Shown here: one piece after another, positions 61,435-64,000 of the stretch | Position numbering within the stretch: position 1 is the first letter of the stretch | How the letters are laid out: each line of letters opens with the position of its first letter | Origin: Neocallimastix sp. 'constans' | Taxonomy: Eukaryota | NCBI GenBank assembly: GCA_050613775.1 | Contig: JBODTK010000139.1 | Span: 372,001-436,000 of the forward strand | Length of the DNA: 64,000 bases | Reading direction: 5' to 3' | Translations under genes and position numbers: made by a program | Notes under the pieces: generated by a model | Told to the model about the DNA's origin: nothing | Database searches by the model: none | What the model saw: only the letters and a program-made list of their open reading frames with translations

Positions 61435-61970
61435 GCAAATAATGAAATCATCATTGTTAAATATATTATTACATATTTTTTTTTTTTCCTTTTGCTTTAT
61501 ATACGTAATGAAAATCAGTTTATACTTAAATATAAAAATATAATAGTGTGCAGCAAATTTCGAATGTGGATAGTTATATTTCTTTATTTTTACTTTTAAA
61601 CAAAATAAAAAAAAAAGTGGAAACATTCAAATATCTAGTGCATGGATGAATAAATAAATAATTGATCCTAGTCCCCTCCCCCCCCTTTTTTTTACCACAT
61701 AACATTGGACAACCATTGAGATAAATTTCTGTAACTTTACCATTTTCTAAGGGAAATAGTGGTATTGCTGTACTTACTATGCCTATCTTTTTTAAAAAAA
61801 AAAAAAAAAGAAAAAAAAAAAAAAATCTAATTAAATCCTAGACTATGTTTACAGTATATTTACAGGTAAGATGAAAATAAAGTTCTTCTAGGAATGAATT
61901 TTGATTTATCATTGTCAGTACCTTTAATACCTTATTTTATAGCTATATCCGACTTTTCATAAACAATTTG

Positions 61971-62017
<47 letters not shown>

Positions 62018-62321
62018 AATATATTTTAATACAGTTTACAAATGATTTTAATTGTTCTTTAAATAAAAGTATTGCGAGTTTAAATAAAATAAAATAAAAT
62101 AAAAAGATCTTTTACTGTTGATTAAACAAATTTTAAATTATAATTTTTTTTTTTTTTTTTTTTTTTTAATACTATATTTATTATTTTTATTTTTATTTAT
62201 ATTATTTATTGATAATAATATTTATCATTTATATCATTTATATTTAATGTAATTATTATTTTTTCTTTTTTTCTTTCTTTTAAAAGAAGTTTCATAATAG
62301 ATTTATAATTAAAAATTAAAA

Positions 62322-62360
<39 letters not shown>

Positions 62361-62798
62361 ATTAATAAATAAATAAAATAATAATAATAATAATAATAAT
62401 AATATAAAAAAAAAGTAAAAAATAAAAATAATTGATTTTAATCATTCATAAATACAACTAATTATATATTGATACTTATTAATATAAAATAATATATTTC
62501 TTTAAAAATATTCCTATTCATTTATTAATAAAATATCATTAATCTTTATATAAAATTTCTTTTTTAAATGTACTATATTTTCTTTTCTTTTCTTTTGATA
62601 TGGTGTTATATTCTCTTTCCTAAAATTTGGTCATTTTATTTTCATTTATTTTATTTAGTATGATTCATTTAGTATGTTTTTATGCTCATAAACATATAAA
62701 TGCAGTATGTATGAAAGTAGATAACCTTGATACATATTTCTGAATTATACTTGAAGAGTTCAAAAAAAAAAAAAAAAAAAAAAAACTTTTTATCAAAT

Positions 62799-63894
62799 TT
62801 AATTACATTTACCAAATTCACTTTGACATCCAGAACCACAATGATCAGATGATTTACCACACCATCCATGTTTACTACAGCATTCACCAGATGGACATTT
62901 AGCATTACCATACTTTACACCACATCTACCTTTTTTTTGTTCTGAAGTAGAATTAGAATTACATTTGCCAAATTCACTTTGACATCCAGAACCACAATGG
63001 TCAGATGATTTACCACACCATCCATGTTTACTACAGCATTCACCAGATGGACATTTAGCATTACCATACTTTACACCACATCTACCTTTAGGAACGGTAG
63101 GTTCTACCTTTTTAGTAGTATCAGTAGTAGTAGTAGTAGTTTTAATAGTAGTTTTAGTAGTAGTTTTTATTTTAGTAATTGTAGTAGTAGTATTTGAACG
63201 ATTTTTCATTTTTTCATTTAACTTTTTTAATTTTTCATCATACTCTTCATCAATAATTTTATTATTCTTAAAATCTCTATAATAAATATATATATACGAT
63301 ATATATATATATATTTTAATAATAAAATATAATAATATAATTATCATTTTTTCATGTTTAATATATATATGAAAAATATAAAAAAATTTAATAATAATAA
63401 AAATAAAAACAAACAATATTTCTTAAGTTTAATAATAATAATAATAATAATTAAATTTCAGAAATATATCTTACATTTTCTCTAAATTTGGAATATTAAC
63501 AATATTATCCATTAATTTTGGGGTAATATTCATAAAAGATATAGCTCTATTAATTTTTTTTTAATTTATATATTTTTTATTTTAAAATAAATAATAATAA
63601 TAATAAAAAAAAAAAAAAAAAATTAATATTATTAATTTAAATGATTAAAATTTTATAAAATTAAAATATAGCATTCAACAATATTTAATATAATAATATT
63701 TATAATTAATTTAAATGAATTTCTTACAATGATCTTAAATTTTTTAATTTTGATAAATCGGCATTAATATTACTGTATACATATTCATCACCGAATCCAG
63801 CATAATTACCACGGAAAGTGAATTCCCTAATATAACCAATTTTTAATATTTAAAAAGATTAGATATATTTCATTTTTTTAAAAATAAATGCTTA

Positions 63895-63961
<67 letters not shown>

Positions 63962-64000
63962 TACAAATCAGTTAGCTTATCAAGATCTTCAACAAAACTT
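62799..64000 (-). CDS. 3' part of a leucine-rich-repeat protein with two C-terminal CBM18 chitin-binding domains; complement(join(62799..63276,63475..63546,63728..63826,63965..>64000))
   Basis: Phase-2 GT-AG introns. Exons give ..DLDKLTDLEFTFRGN..DLSKLKNLRSLAISFMNI..IVNIPNLEKIDFKNNKI, then a Thr linker, then two copies of GRCG..CPSGECCSKHGWCG..HCGSGCQSEFGKC. The 5' end is outside the window. Confidence 0.8.

Noticed and set aside
63277..63416. Hydrophobic N-terminus of the 205-aa ORF as a signal or TM segment
   Set aside because: It is intron sequence upstream of the AG acceptor at 63278-63277.

Overview
Very AT-rich eukaryotic DNA with long poly-A/T and (TTTTA)n tracts, a few GT-AG introns and mostly intronless bacterial-type genes. 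The gene content (CotH, GH11 xylanase with CBM1, CBM18, LRR micro-exons) fits an anaerobic gut fungus (Neocallimastigomycota); this is an inference. Contents in order: (1) a GPH/MFS sugar symporter whose helix order appears rearranged; (2) a mosaic 5-copy non-coding tandem array embedded in microsatellite; (3) a Gypsy gag relic; (4) an intact secreted CotH kinase; (5) a 3-exon gene fusing a signal peptide and a degenerate CotH domain to a membrane GT2 synthase; (6) a Copia relic; (7) three paralogues of a secreted Cys-repeat/PLA2 gene, one a pseudogene capped by a perfect 60-bp foldback; (8) a young full-length Ty1/Copia element with a half-tRNA-Lys PBS and a YVDN reverse transcriptase; (9) a 1929-aa enzyme with 5 GH11, 2 SGNH and 1 CBM1 domains; (10) a cupin_5 gene; (11) the 3' end of an LRR + 2xCBM18 gene. 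The strongest candidates for novelty are the CotH-pseudokinase/GT2 fusion next to an active CotH, and the helix-permuted MFS transporter. All family calls come from motif recognition by eye; no searches were run.
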